The translations under genes and the position numbers were made by a program. Shown here in pieces: positions 1 through 11,430 of a DNA stretch of 64,000 bases. A model generated the notes under the pieces. It did not search any database. It was not told the origin of the DNA and saw only the letters and a program-made list of their open reading frames with translations. Numbering within the stretch: the first letter of the stretch is position 1; every line of letters starts with the position of its first letter. Source of the stretch: Octopus sinensis (lineage: Eukaryota). The stretch covers positions 20,956,001-21,020,000 of the forward strand of contig NC_043007.1 in NCBI RefSeq assembly GCF_006345805.1, given 5' to 3'.

Positions 1-100
1 CAACGGACCAGCATCCCATCCAGGTGGGGAACCTATATGCCAAGGAAACTGGGGAACCGGCCCTTATGAGCCTGGCATGGCTTGAGAAGGAACAATAGCT

Positions 101-517
101 ATGGTGCAGCCTCACATGGAATTTGCATCATTGGTCTGGAACCCCTATCTTGCCCAGGACATTAATCGTCTGGAAACCGTTCAGTGACGTGCAACCAAGA
201 GAATACCCTCCATCAGGCATTTGCCATATTCTGAACACCTTACTTCCCTGAGCATAGATACATTGAAACTCCAACGTCTGGCAGCTGACTTGGCAGACAC
301 CCATAAAATTATTAACCATCTTACCAACAATAACTCTGAGCATCTTTTCAAACTCCACCTGTCTAACACCCATGGACATGTTTACAAAGTCAGAAAACAG
401 CACAGCTCCCATGACTTTTGGAAACATTTTTTCACGCTGAGAGTTGCTGAAGCATGGAACAAACTGCCAGCATCAGTTGTTAGTTGTCGGAGCACTGCAT
501 CCTTCAAAACTTCCATG
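101..517 (+). pseudogene. CR1/L2-group LINE ORF2 C-terminal fragment
   Basis: Translates MVQPHMEFASLVWNPYLAQDINRLETVQ*RATK...FFTLRVAEAWNKLPASVVSCRSTASFKTSM, matching the post-RT region of CR1-like ORF2 (PHLEY..VWSPY..DI..LE.VQRRATK; FF..RV...WN.LP..VV). One in-frame stop. Confidence 0.8.
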
Positions 518-679
518 TGATCTGCACAAATATACTCATGAAATGATCGTTGGAACACCTTCTTTTCCTCTAAAATATTATCCAAAACTCTTATTACTTT
601 CTCTATATAGCATTTTGAATGTTTAAAAAACGTCATTTTTCTATATTTCATTATTTTATCCATGTTATGTTTACATATC

Positions 680-1261
680 TACACACACAGATGCAGGAAG
701 TAAATAAACACCTTTAATTTTCAAAATTTCTGATCGAAGTATCTTAATATGTTTTCACCAGTGTAGAATTTACAATGTAATTATTCTTTTTCCTTCCAGG
801 TGCCATTTTATTAAACAGTTGCAAAGAGTAACCATGCCACGCACAAAAAATTCAGCAGAATTGTCAGATTTTCAAAGAGAGCGTATTGTTGGGCAATCTG
901 AGGCTGGTCTTAGCCAGCGAAAAATTGCCGAAAATCTTCAAATTCCTTTTGCTACGTAAATAGAATTATAGTGCAATTCAAAAGCCAAGGAAAGAATCAA
1001 CAGATTCTCATCCCAGCCGACCTGGGCCCTTGGAAAGGAAGCTTTGCTGTTTGAAGAGAATTGTAGAAAACGAACCCCATTCAAAGGCTTCTGATATTGC
1101 AAAACAGCTAGAAGTTAGTCCAAGAACGTGTGTTACATATCTGCATAAGCTTAAGTATTATGGAAGAGCAGCTAGAAGAAAACCTCTCCTTCAACCAATT
1201 AATATCAAATAAAAGATTTTGAAAATTAAAGGTGTCTATTTACTTCCTGCATGTCTGTGTA
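680..1261 (+). mobile_element. Internally deleted Tc1-like DNA transposon (TIRs plus transposase N-terminus)
   Basis: 37-bp inverted repeat with 1 mismatch (691-727 vs 1216-1252), TA at both ends. Frameshifted [20 protein letters not shown]...YYGRAARRKPLL (834-1212) matches the Tc1 paired-like HTH region; no DDE domain. Confidence 0.8.
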
Positions 1262-1305
1262 TATATCTATATCTATATATCCATGTAAATTTTTAGTATT
1301 CATAT

Positions 1306-1702
1306 ACTCTTTTACTTGTTTCAGTCATTTGACTGTGGCCATGCTGGAGCACCGCCTTTAGTTGAGCAAATTGACCTCAGGACTTATTCTTTGTAAGCCT
1401 AGTACTTATTCTATCAGTCTCTTTTGCCGAACTGCTAAGTTACGGGGACGTAAACACACCAGCATCAGTTGTCAAGCGATGTTGGGGGGACAAACACAGA
1501 CACACGCATACATATATATATATATAAACATATATACGATGGGTTTCTTTCAGTTTCCGTCTACCAAATCCGCTCACATGGCTTTGGTTGGCCTGAGGCT
1601 GTAGTAAAAGACACTTGCCCAAGGTGCCACGCAGTGGGACTGAACCTGGAACCATGTGGTTGAGAAGCAAGTTTCTTGCCACACAGCCATGCCTGCACCT
1701 AT
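1306..1702 (-). mobile_element. tRNA-headed SINE family 1 (internal microsatellite)
   Basis: On the minus strand: A-box-like TGGCTGTGTGG, B-box-like GGTTCAGTCCC, central TGGCACCTTGGGCAAGTGTCTT, internal (TA)/(TG) tract, tail GAAACAAGTAAAAGAGT. Many copies in the window. Confidence 0.9.
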
Positions 1703-1878
1703 TCACAATGTTTTGAATTAATCATGCAACATCTTGTAGCTTCAAGATTTCAAAGGCTTGTTTGTGTATTTTTAGAACATTGTAGGGTAGGTGCGAGAAG
1801 TTGGATCTTGTCATCTTTAACATAAAACAGGTAGAATATTTGGGCAGGATATGGCCAGATTAAATGATAAAGGATTAA
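1703..1878. mobile_element. Right part of a piggyBac-like MITE
   Basis: Ends TAAATGATAAAGGATTAA, resembling an AAAGGG-TTAA terminus; left part apparently displaced by the SINE at 1306-1702. Confidence 0.4.
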
Positions 1879-2037
1879 GGATTTGCATGTCTGAGGAGGG
1901 CTAAGTCACTTGCATGAAAATTCCATGAACAGACTGTTCCATTGATCGGATCAACCAGAACTCTTGTCGTTGTAACTGACGGATTGCTAATAGGACTTTT
2001 TTGTTATTTTTCTACTAAGACTACAAACCTGTCTCCC

Positions 2038-2069
2038 CATCTCTCTGTCTCTGTCTGTCCGTCTCTCTT

Positions 2070-2112
<43 letters not shown>
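2038..2112. repeat. (CT)n microsatellite
   Basis: Direct reading. Confidence 0.95.
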
Positions 2113-2113
<1 letters not shown>

Positions 2114-2258
2114 AAAAATTAAGCATAAACAAAGAAACAAATAAATAAAAATAACAGGTGTTTCTCTTTTAAGGGTCCTCTATCAAAAGATGTCCATCAA
2201 AATAGAGAAGTTGATGGAATTAATAAGAAAAAGAAATTACATCAAAACTTCCCATTAC

Positions 2259-2262
<4 letters not shown>

Positions 2263-2310
<48 letters not shown>

Positions 2311-2589
2311 TGTGCACACGTGTATGTGTATGTATGTTTGTGTGTGTGTTTGTGTGTGTGTCTGTCTCTGTGTGTGTGTATGTTTGTGTCTGTGTTTGTG
2401 TGTGTGTGTGCGTGTATGTGTGTGTGTGTGTTTGTTTGTGTGTGTGTGTGTTTGTTTGTGTGTGTGTGTGTGTATGTTTGTGTCTGTGTTTGTGTGTGTT
2501 TGTGTGTGTATGTGTGTGTGTCTGTGTGTGTGTGTATGTGCATGTCTGTGTGTGTGTGTGTTTGTGTGTGTGTGTGCGTGTGTGTGTGT
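2263..2589. repeat. Degenerate (TG)n microsatellite
   Basis: Direct reading. Confidence 0.95.
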
Positions 2590-2844
2590 AGGTCTTCTGA
2601 TCATTACAGAAATTAATTGGTTGTACACTTTATCAGAGATACCAGTTGTTAACGCAATAATTAGCGGATAATTACACTTTGATAACGCACAGACTTGTTG
2701 CTTGTAATTAACAGTAAAATAGTGCAGTTCCAGTAATCTGATACCCCTTGGTACCTGGGTAACAACAGATTATCAAACAGTCTTCGTAGACTGGTGCAAC
2801 GGAACTCACTCTTAAAATATAAAAAAAAATATTGTATTAAATAG

Positions 2845-3441
2845 ATGCAGGTGTGGCTGTGTGGTAAGAAGCTTGCTTACCAACCACGGGATTCTGGGTT
2901 CAGTCCCACAGCATGGCACCTTGGGAAAATGTCTTCTGTTATAACCTCAGGCCGACCAAAGCCTTGGGAGTGGATTGGTAGATGGAAACTGAAAGAAGCC
3001 TGTCGTATATGTGTGTTGTGTGTGTGTGTATGTGTGTGTGCGTGTATGTGTGTGTGTGTCTGTGTGTCTGTGGTTATCACCCCCTCCATCACTGATTGAC
3101 AACTGTGTGTTAGTGTGTTTAGGTCCCTGTAACTTAGCAGTTCAGCAAAAGAGACCTATAGAATAAGTACTGAGCTTAAAAAAATAAGTCCTGGTGTCGA
3201 TTTGTTTGACTAATACTCTTCAAGGCTGTGCTCCAGCATGGCCACAGTCAAATGACTGAAACAAGTAACAGGTGCAGGAGTGGCTGTGTGGTAAGTAGCT
3301 TGCTTACCAACAACATGATTCTGGGTTCAGTCCCACTGCGTGGCACCTTGGACAAGTGTCTTCTACTATAGCCTCGGGCCGACCAAAGCCTTGTGAATGG
3401 ATTTGGTAGACGGAAACTGAAAGAAGCCCATTGTATATATG

Positions 3442-3488
<47 letters not shown>

Positions 3489-3635
3489 GTATGTGTGTGT
3501 GTTTGTGTGTCTGTGTTTGTCCCCCCCAACATTGCTTGACAACCGATGCTGGTGTGTTTACGTCCCTGTAACTTAGCGGTTCGGCAAAAGAGAACGATAG
3601 AATAAGTACTAGGCTTACAAAGAATAAGTCCTGGG
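2845..3635 (+). mobile_element. Two head-to-tail SINE family 1 copies
   Basis: Heads at ~2845 and ~3271, each with the family-1 body; the second is cut at GGGG 3632-3635. Confidence 0.9.
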
Positions 3636-3822
3636 GCATCCAGCTGTAGAAACTCTGCCAGATCAAGATTGGTGCAGCCATCTGGTTCGCCAGTCCTCAG
3701 TCAAATCGTCCAACCCATGCCAACATGGAAAGCGGACGTTAAACGATGATGATGATGATGATGATGGTGGTGATGGTGATGATGATGGTGATGGTGGTGA
3801 TGATGATGATGATGATGATGAT
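3636..3822 (+). mobile_element. RTE LINE 3' terminal fragment with (GAT)n tail
   Basis: GCATCCAGCTGTAGAAAC...CCAACCCATGC...CGTTAAACGATGATGAT, same as the 3' end of the RTE at 33500-33680. Confidence 0.85.
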
Positions 3823-4014
3823 ACACAGGGTGTACTGATCCAACTATTTTGGTTGTTTGGTGTTTTGTTTTTATTTACTACCAATGGTGGAGAGTTACTT
3901 TCAGAATGGCATTCTTATATCGTGTTGATGAGATTTTTGTTTTTGTTTTTCCAGTTTCAGCTCTTGAGCTGTGGCCATGCTGGGGCACCGCCATTGTGGT
4001 GAAAGAGTACAGCA

Positions 4015-4150
4015 GGGATCACCACCCCCTGCCGGAGCCTCGTAGAGCTTTTAGGTGTTTTCGCTCAATAAACACACACAACGCCCTTCTGAGAATCGAA
4101 ACCGCGATCCTGCGACCGCGAGTCCGCTGCCCTAACCACTAGGCCATTGC
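4015..4150 (-). mobile_element. tRNA-headed SINE (third family), partial
   Basis: Minus strand reads GCAATGGCCTAGTGGTTAGGGCAGCGGACTCGCGGTCGCAGGATCGCGGTTTCGATTC (A/B boxes) followed by a non-tRNA body. Confidence 0.7.
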
Positions 4151-4734
4151 ACCAGATGTTAATAAATTTGGACGTATGTCAATAATTAGACATGAAGTTG
4201 CAAACACTGTGCAAACTAGGGCAGATAGCAACCATGTTAATTAGAATCAAGAGAACTTGTGCTAATTTGTGTTAATCAATTGTCACTTGAAGAAAGAATG
4301 TTTCTACTCTATCAAAAAAATGGATTATCGATTCTCAAAGTACAGAATTTTATTTTACTGCATCTATGTTGAATATAATCCTAATTAACTGATCCTCCTG
4401 TATTACCCAAAGCCAGTAACTTTTCAGCACCCCCTTACATAAACACTATCTTTCCCTGATGATGGGGGTGGCATTCTATGGAAATGAATTTTAAGAATCA
4501 TATGTGATCTGCACAAATGTACTCCTAAAACGATCGTTGGAACACCTTATTTTGCTCTAAAATATGACCCAAAACATGTGTGTATATAACATGCTTATAT
4601 AATTCTTAGTATACTGAAGTTTTCCAATAATTCATAATGTAATCCTTGTATTGTCCCTTTTTATGCCCTCATGATTTTCCACCCAAGGTATTTTGAAATG
4701 CAGGATTCAACATCAAAATAAAAATCAAATGGAA

Positions 4735-5075
4735 ATTGTAGTTAAGACACCCGTGCCGGTGACACGTAAAAAGCACCGTCCAAACGTGGCAGATGCCAGC
4801 ACCGCCTGACTGGCGTCCGTGTTGGTGACACGTAAAAGCACCAACCGATTATGGCCGTTTGCCAGTCTCCTCTGGCCCATGTGCCGGTGGCACGTAAAAA
4901 GCACCCACTACACTCATGGAGGGGTTGGCGTTAGGAAGGGCATCCAGCTGTAGAAACACTTCCAAATCAGACTAGAGCCTGGTGCAGCCTCCATGGCTTC
5001 CAGACCTTGGTCGAACTGTCCAACCCATGCTAGTGTGAAAAACAGACGTTAAATGATGATGACGATGATGATACG
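4735..5075 (+). mobile_element. 5'-truncated RTE copy (3' UTR only)
   Basis: Repeated GCCGGTGGCACGTAAAAAGCACC units, then the RTE terminal block and (GAT)n tail. Confidence 0.85.
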
Positions 5076-5207
5076 CTTTGTAGTTTAAATTGGATGCAAA
5101 AGGAAACAATTGTAGGTGAAGATGTTAACTAATTAATAAATTAAATTGGATCCATTGGATCTCTCCATTTTCAAACTTAATAATACTATTATATATATAT
5201 ATATATA

Positions 5208-5419
5208 TACAAATAATAAGAGAGAGTCCACAATGTGGTCACTCTAACGCTAGATATAGATCCGCAAAGGGAATCCGCTACTAAAGAATTGTTCTCAAGA
5301 ATTAATTCAACGCACCGAGAATTAATTCTTGAGAACAATTCTTTAGTGGCGGATTCCCTTTGCGGATCTATATCTAGCGTTAGAGTGATCACATGGTGGA
5401 CTCTCTCTTATTATTTGTA
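5208..5419. repeat. Fold-back palindrome (101-bp arms, 10-nt loop), MITE-like
   Basis: 5208-5308 is the reverse complement of 5319-5419 with 3 mismatches; TA ends, (TA)n on the left. Confidence 0.95.
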
Positions 5420-5524
5420 TTAATAATGTTTACTGTATCCCAGTCTTTCATACGCTAGGCCACTTGGTGTTTTGAATTGATGTTATTAATTAATATTCAA
5501 TTTTTTTCACCCTTATTATGATTT

Positions 5525-5555
<31 letters not shown>

Positions 5556-5785
5556 TATATATATAATATATTATATATATATATATATATATAAAGAGAG
5601 AGAGGAAAAGATAGATAGATTTCTTTATTGGCCATGCAGGGCTGAACAGAGAAGGGACAAAATACAAAGTAGAGCTTTTCTTTTTGGGAACAAGAGAAGG
5701 GGAAAAAGGGCCAAAGTCCAATCAAAAGGGATCGTGAAAAACAAAGTGGGGCTGGTCAATAGGGATCGTCTATGACAGAACTGTC

Positions 5786-5826
<41 letters not shown>

Positions 5827-5834
5827 CAGATAGA

Positions 5835-5867
<33 letters not shown>

Positions 5868-6923
5868 TTTCAGCGTGTTTTCTAAGGTGCTATGGTAATT
5901 TAAAAAGTGATGATCAGATATAAGGAAAATTCAGTTATCTGGCAACCTTTTAGCCCTAGCTGTGCCAGATAGGAGGTGAGTTTACTGTATTGGCATCTGG
6001 TTAAAAAAGAAACCCCAAAAAACTTTCCTTGTGGATGTAAGGGACACGCTCTTCTTAACAAATTACATTTAACCCAGTGGACAGATGGCACTTTGGTGTA
6101 GTTTTATAGTTTCTTTGCTCTTCAAGGACTTATTCGGATTTAAGAATTGTATATTATGGAAACAAGTTTTCACTAAGAAATGAAGCAGATAATAAATCTA
6201 AGAATAAATATCAACAAAAGGAGGAAGTCACTGTATTCAAACATTATCCAAAATAGAGAAGACATCACTTTTGCATCCACTAATCTGGTTATTCACCTTA
6301 AGTAAGTGAAAGTATATTTTAATCTTCTACTTGGTATTATGTCGAGGCTGGAGAATGTATGGTATCTGATTATTGAAGTAGCTTTTAGTAGATTAACAAG
6401 CAATGTGTTTGGTTGCCAGATCTCTTTGTGAGAAATAGTTGATACAATTAGCATCACCGCTGAGACGCTGCCAAGCTTCCTGATTAATCAAAGACGGCAG
6501 TCTCAATAAACCCCTATAAATTCTCAAAAAAAAAAGAAAAAGAAAACCATTGTTAATTATAAACAATGGTTCTTATTACATTAGATCATATTTAACCTGG
6601 TTTAAACAGAGGTTTTGTTTGTCGTTTTAAAGACCAAGAAACGAAGGCAAAGATGTGACTATTTTCTTTATCTTCTATGTTTTTACTTGTTACAGACAAT
6701 GGACCATGGCCATGCTGGGGCACTTCCTTGAAGGGATCATCTTTTGTATCTCAAGTGAAGCAATTTGTACTTTAAATGCTAGTAACAATGTATTTATGTA
6801 CTTTAATAAAGGTTGTTTTTAAATTCACCCTATTGTTTTTTGTTTGTTTGTATTTTTGCCGTATTATGGTTTATCAAAAGGTGGTAAGCTGGCAGAATTG
6901 ATAGCACACAAGGCAAAATGCTT

Positions 6924-7314
6924 ACTCTTTTACTTGTTTCAGTCTTTTGAGTGCGGCCATGCTGGAGCACCACCTTTAGTTGAAGAAATCGACCTCGGGA
7001 CTTATTCTTTGTAAGCCTAATACTTATTCTATCGGTCTCTTTTGCCAAACCACTAAGTTACACACCAGCATTGCTTGTCAAGTGATGTTGGGGGACAAAC
7101 ACAGACACACAACCATATACACACACATACATATATATAAACATATATATGACAGGCTTCTTTCAGTTTCTGTCTACCAAATCCACTCACAAGGCTTTGG
7201 TCGGCCCAAAGCTATAGTAGAAGGCACTTGCCCAAGGTGCCACGCAGTAGAACTGAACCCAGAACCATGTGGTTGGTAAACAAGCTACTTACCACACAGC
7301 CACTCCTGCGCCTA
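6924..7314 (-). mobile_element. SINE family 1
   Basis: Family-1 head, body and tail on the minus strand. Confidence 0.9.
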
Positions 7315-7344
7315 AAAGCGTTAAGCAAAAGCACAAGTCAATAT

Positions 7345-7416
7345 TTCCCATGCCGGGAATCGAACCCGGGCCACCTGGGGGAAAGCCACGAATCCTAACT
7401 ACTAGATCACATGGGA
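7345..7416 (-). tRNA. tRNA-Glu(TTC), degenerate, probably a pseudogene
   Basis: 72 nt TCCCATGTGATCTAGTAGTTAGGATTCGTGGCTTTCCCCCAGGTGGCCCGGGTTCGATTCCCGGCATGGGAA, colinear with metazoan tRNA-Glu(TTC). Acceptor and T arms pair; G-G mismatch in anticodon stem, A37 to C, D-loop GG lost. Confidence 0.85.
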
Positions 7417-7419
7417 TTG

Positions 7420-7605
7420 CTTAGCAGTATTTCATTTATCTTTATGTTCTGAGTTCAAATTCTGCTTAGGTCAACTTTGTGTTTCATCCTTTCGGGGTCA
7501 ATAAAATAAGTACCAGTTAAACACTGGGGGTCGATGTGATCAACTTAACCCCTCGCATGAAGTTGCAGACCTTGTTCCAAAATCTGAAACCAATACTATG
7601 GTTTG
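7420..7605 (+). mobile_element. SINE family 2, partial
   Basis: GTTCTGAGTTCAAATTC...TTTCATCCTTTCGGGGTCAATAAAATAAGTACCAG core. Confidence 0.8.
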
Positions 7606-7638
7606 TCATTTGCATTTCAAAAAATACCATTGTGTATC

Positions 7639-7861
7639 TTAACCCTTTCATTACCATATTTATTTTGAGATGCTCTGTGTTTCTTTCAATTAATTTTAAA
7701 TATAACAAAGAATTTAGTAAAATAACTTAGTTATCATTAAGCTAGTGTTTTGAACATAACAAAGGTGTGGTGGAAGATTTTAATTCAATACTTATGAAAA
7801 CAAGACATTTGTACTACAGAGCCTGAGGTGGTTTTGGCCAGGTTGGTATCAAAAGGGTTAA
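7639..7861. mobile_element. piggyBac-like MITE
   Basis: TTAA-CCCTTTCATTACCA ... TGGTATCAAAAGGG-TTAA: TTAA target duplication and 14-bp TIRs (11/14). Confidence 0.75.
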
Positions 7862-8977
7862 ATATCTCTCAGTATTTATATCACAAATAGTGTCCTTGCT
7901 AACAGAAAATAGGTTGTTTTAGCACCAACTAAAATCGCTTGTATTCCCTGTTGAATAGTTTATACCTTAAACAAAAGCTGTGTTTAACTGAATTAATAAG
8001 GTGTTGTTTACATGGATATTTCTTTGTATTTTAGGCTGAAGTCTTTATCAATCAAATGGTGCCTGAATGCTCCTCAAATAGCATTGTATGTGATTCAAGA
8101 TAGAGTATGATTTGCTTCAAGTAGAACTGTTTATAAAATGATAAGTGATATAATAATTTACAAAAACTAATGCAAATCAAGATATCTTTATATAAACTTG
8201 TTGTGGCGATGCATTACCATAATGTAAATTAAAAACAAACATATAATAAAAGAAAGCAAAAAAAAAAAGATTAAAGTGATCTAAAAATATTTAAAGAACA
8301 AAACATTTCTTTTAATATAAGACAATCTAAAATATAACCAAAAAAAAAAATTCTTTGATTTTGGCATTCTTTTTGAAATTCTTTTAGAACATAGAAGCAT
8401 CTTCTTAAAACAGATTGAAATAGCATATATTGCTCTAGGGATGGAAATACTTCATCTATTCCCCAGACTCTACTGATCAATGATCATAATACTGACTAGA
8501 AAAAATGCATCTATGTTTGAGCAATGCGTCGAGATAAAGGCTGCTGTCAGATGCAATCGTATAGAAATAAAACTGTGATCCCATCCCATTATTTTAGTGT
8601 TTTCTTTTAAGCAGACTATTTCAATAAACTGGACTAAACCATCTTGGTTACAGGATTATTTACTTCATTTGTTATAATGGACATACGCACATATTTACAT
8701 ATGGAGCTCTGTCGTTGTTGAGTGCATATATATGTATACATAGACGCACACATGTGTTATATAAATAAATAGGCATGTGGCTCAGTGGTTAGAGTGTTGG
8801 GCTCACAATCATGAGGTAGTGAGTTCGATTTCCAGACCGAATAAGTCCTGGGGTTGATTTGCTCGACTAAAGGCAGTGCTCCAGCATGGCCGCAGTCAAA
8901 TGACTGAAACCAGTAAAGGAATATAAGAATGAAAGAATATATATGCAGATAGATATATACATATAGATATATGTATA

Positions 8978-9029
<52 letters not shown>

Positions 9030-9159
9030 TCTGTGTGTGTGTGCGTGTGCACAATGTACAGCAGCATGCATGTGTATATATATATATATATGCACATATA
9101 TGTGTATGAGCACACGTATTTGTAGATGTGTATGTTCATGCAGTCACACACATATATCT

Positions 9160-9330
9160 GAAAAGTGTAGACATGGAAGTCTTCAAAACACGTCTAGACA
9201 GTTTTTTTTTTTTTTTACCTGCCATACTGGATGAAGCCACATCACAGCAAGAGGCACAAAGAAGAACAGCAACATCCAACTCGCTACTTCACCAGAAGCA
9301 ATACTGGAAAAATCTCCAGATGCAGTAAAG
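9160..9330 (+). pseudogene. CR1/L2-group LINE ORF2 extreme C-terminus relic
   Basis: VDMEVFKTRLDSF...ILDEATSQQEAQRRTATSNSLLHQ resembles the FK.RLD.FL...PDEP....R.A.SNSL end motif. Confidence 0.55.
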
Positions 9331-9370
9331 GCGGTACACCAGCATGGCCTCAACCACTGGCTGAAATCCA

Positions 9371-9762
9371 TCTATATATATAAAGCTTAAGTTGTCTGTG
9401 TATGGCAGGTTTGGTAGCCTTCAACTAATACTATCTCCTCCGAGACCCTGCAGCGCAAGTTGACCAAAATTGAGAGTATGATAGATGAAGGCTTGCTCTT
9501 CATTCCATAGTAGAAAAAAAATTCAAATCGGACCATGTTAACACCAAAAATTATTTACATCAAAAAGGTGCTTTTTTTCTATGAAAATCCCTATTTTTTA
9601 CGATTTTTTTACTGCTGTGTCGCCATTTTTCAGTGTATTTCAACCCGAAAAATGCTCACTTAAAGAGAATAACAAGCTACATAATGCAAAACTTTTACTT
9701 TTCAAAAATTCCAATTCTAAAGGGTCGAAACAAACCTGAGCAACGCCGGGTGATACTGCTAG
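9371..9762 (+). mobile_element. Non-autonomous Helitron-like element
   Basis: A|TC start (9371), GC-rich subterminal GCAACGCCGGGTGATAC, CTAG|T end (9759-9763); 392 bp, five copies in the window. Confidence 0.8.
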
Positions 9763-9789
9763 TAAAAGATAAAAGATATGTGAATGTTC

Positions 9790-10029
9790 TTCTTTAAGTG
9801 AACATTTTTCTGGTTGAAATACACCGAAAAATGGCGACACAGCAGTCAAAAAATCGTGTTAACATGGTCCGATTTGAATTTTTTCTTCTACAGAAGGAAG
9901 AGCAAACCTTCTTCTATCATACTCTCAATTTTGGTCACCTTGCGCCGTAGGGTCTCAGAGGAGATAGTGTTAGTTGAAGGCTACCAAACCTGCCATACAC
10001 AGACAACTTCAGCTTTATATATATATAGA
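9790..10029 (-). mobile_element. Helitron-like element, partial and internally deleted
   Basis: Reverse complement of 9371-9762, lacking the 3' end and ~60 bp internally. Confidence 0.8.
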
Positions 10030-10310
10030 AATGTACTTTGATTCTAATTAGCAACATTGCTTCATGGATGGACTTGGTATTAATACTGTCTCGGCTTTCA
10101 TATAAAGACTTTCCACCAATATAAATAACTTGCATTTGAAATTATCTCTAGATGACATAGATGCATAACACGTGAGCAGTGACTCAGTGTAGCTTTGAAT
10201 AAATCTTTCCATTCCGTCATACAACATGTGTGCGTATGTGTGTGTTTTATATATATAAATATATATGTGTGTGTGTGTGTGTGTATATATATAATATATA
10301 TATATATATA

Positions 10311-10702
10311 TAGCAGTATCGCCCGGCATTGCTCAGGTTTGTTTCGACCTTTTAGAATTGGAATTTTTGAAAAGTAAAAATTATATATTATGTAGATTGT
10401 TATTCTCTTTAAGTGAACATTTTTCTGGTTGAAATACACCGAAATTGGTGACACAGCAGTAAAAAAATCGTAAAAAATAGGGAGTTTCATAGAAAAAAAA
10501 AAGCACCTTTTTGATGTAAATAATTTTTGGTGTTAACATGGTCCGATTTGAATTTTTTCTTCTATGGAATGAAGAACAAGCCTTCTTCTATCATATTCTC
10601 AATTTTAGTCAACTTGCACCGCAGGGTCTCGGAGGAGATAGTGTTAGTTGAAGGCTACCAAACCTGCCGTACACAGATAACTTCAGCTTTATATATATAG
10701 AG
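10311..10702 (-). mobile_element. Helitron-like element
   Basis: Full-length reverse-complement copy of 9371-9762. Confidence 0.8.
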
Positions 10703-10880
10703 AGATATGTCTTTATTGTCCATAGAGGGGATAAACATAGAAGGGACAAACAAGGACAGACAAACGGATTAAGTCGATTACATCAACTCCAGTGTGTAAC
10801 TTATACTTATTTAATCGACCCCGAAAGGATGAAAGGCAAAGTTGACCTCGGTTGAATTTGAACTCAGAATGTAATGGCAG
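10703..10880 (-). mobile_element. SINE family 2, partial
   Basis: Family-2 core and tail on the minus strand. Confidence 0.8.
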
Positions 10881-10939
10881 AGTGAATGAGTCAAGCAAGC
10901 CATCATCAATTAGTCTTTATTTCCATTTTCCATAGTTCA

Positions 10940-11250
10940 GAAAAGCACCATCCAAACGTGGCCGATGCCAGCGCTGCCTCGACTGGCTTCCGTACCTGTG
11001 GCACGTTAAAAGCACCAACCGATCGTGGCTGATGCCAGCCCCATATGGCACCTGTGCTGGTGGCAAGTAAAAGCACACACTACACTCATGGAGTGGTTGG
11101 TGTTAGGAAGGGCATCCAGCTGTAGAAACACTGCCAGATCAGACTGGAGTCTGGTGCAGCCTCCTGGCTTCCCAGACCCCGGTCGAACCGTCCAACCCAT
11201 GCTAGCATGGAAAATGGATGTTAAATGATGATGATGATGATGATGATGTA
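10940..11250 (+). mobile_element. 5'-truncated RTE copy (3' UTR)
   Basis: RTE terminal block and (GAT)n tail. Confidence 0.85.
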
Positions 11251-11430
11251 TGGTTCAGATTGTTTGACAGAAAGACTGGTGCTAAAATTCGAAACCAATG
11301 TTGTTACTTTAAGGGTAACAGTATCATTAGCACACGGACAAGGTGCTTTGCAGCTTTTCTGCCATCTTCATGTTCTCAGTTCAAATTCTGCCAAGGCTGA
11401 ATTTGCCTTTCATCCTTTCGAGGTTAATAA

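Noticed and set aside
512-590. Sequence shared with 4498-4575 as a possible Tc1 terminal repeat pair
   Set aside because: The two copies are in direct, not inverted, orientation and no partner end was found; only a dispersed repeat fragment.
5189-5423. Two similar ORFs on opposite strands (MVTLTLDIDPQRESATKELF...)
   Set aside because: A direct consequence of the palindrome, not a gene pair.
6127-6301. Plus-strand exon candidate between TTCAAG| and |GTAAGT
   Set aside because: All three frames contain a stop before the donor.
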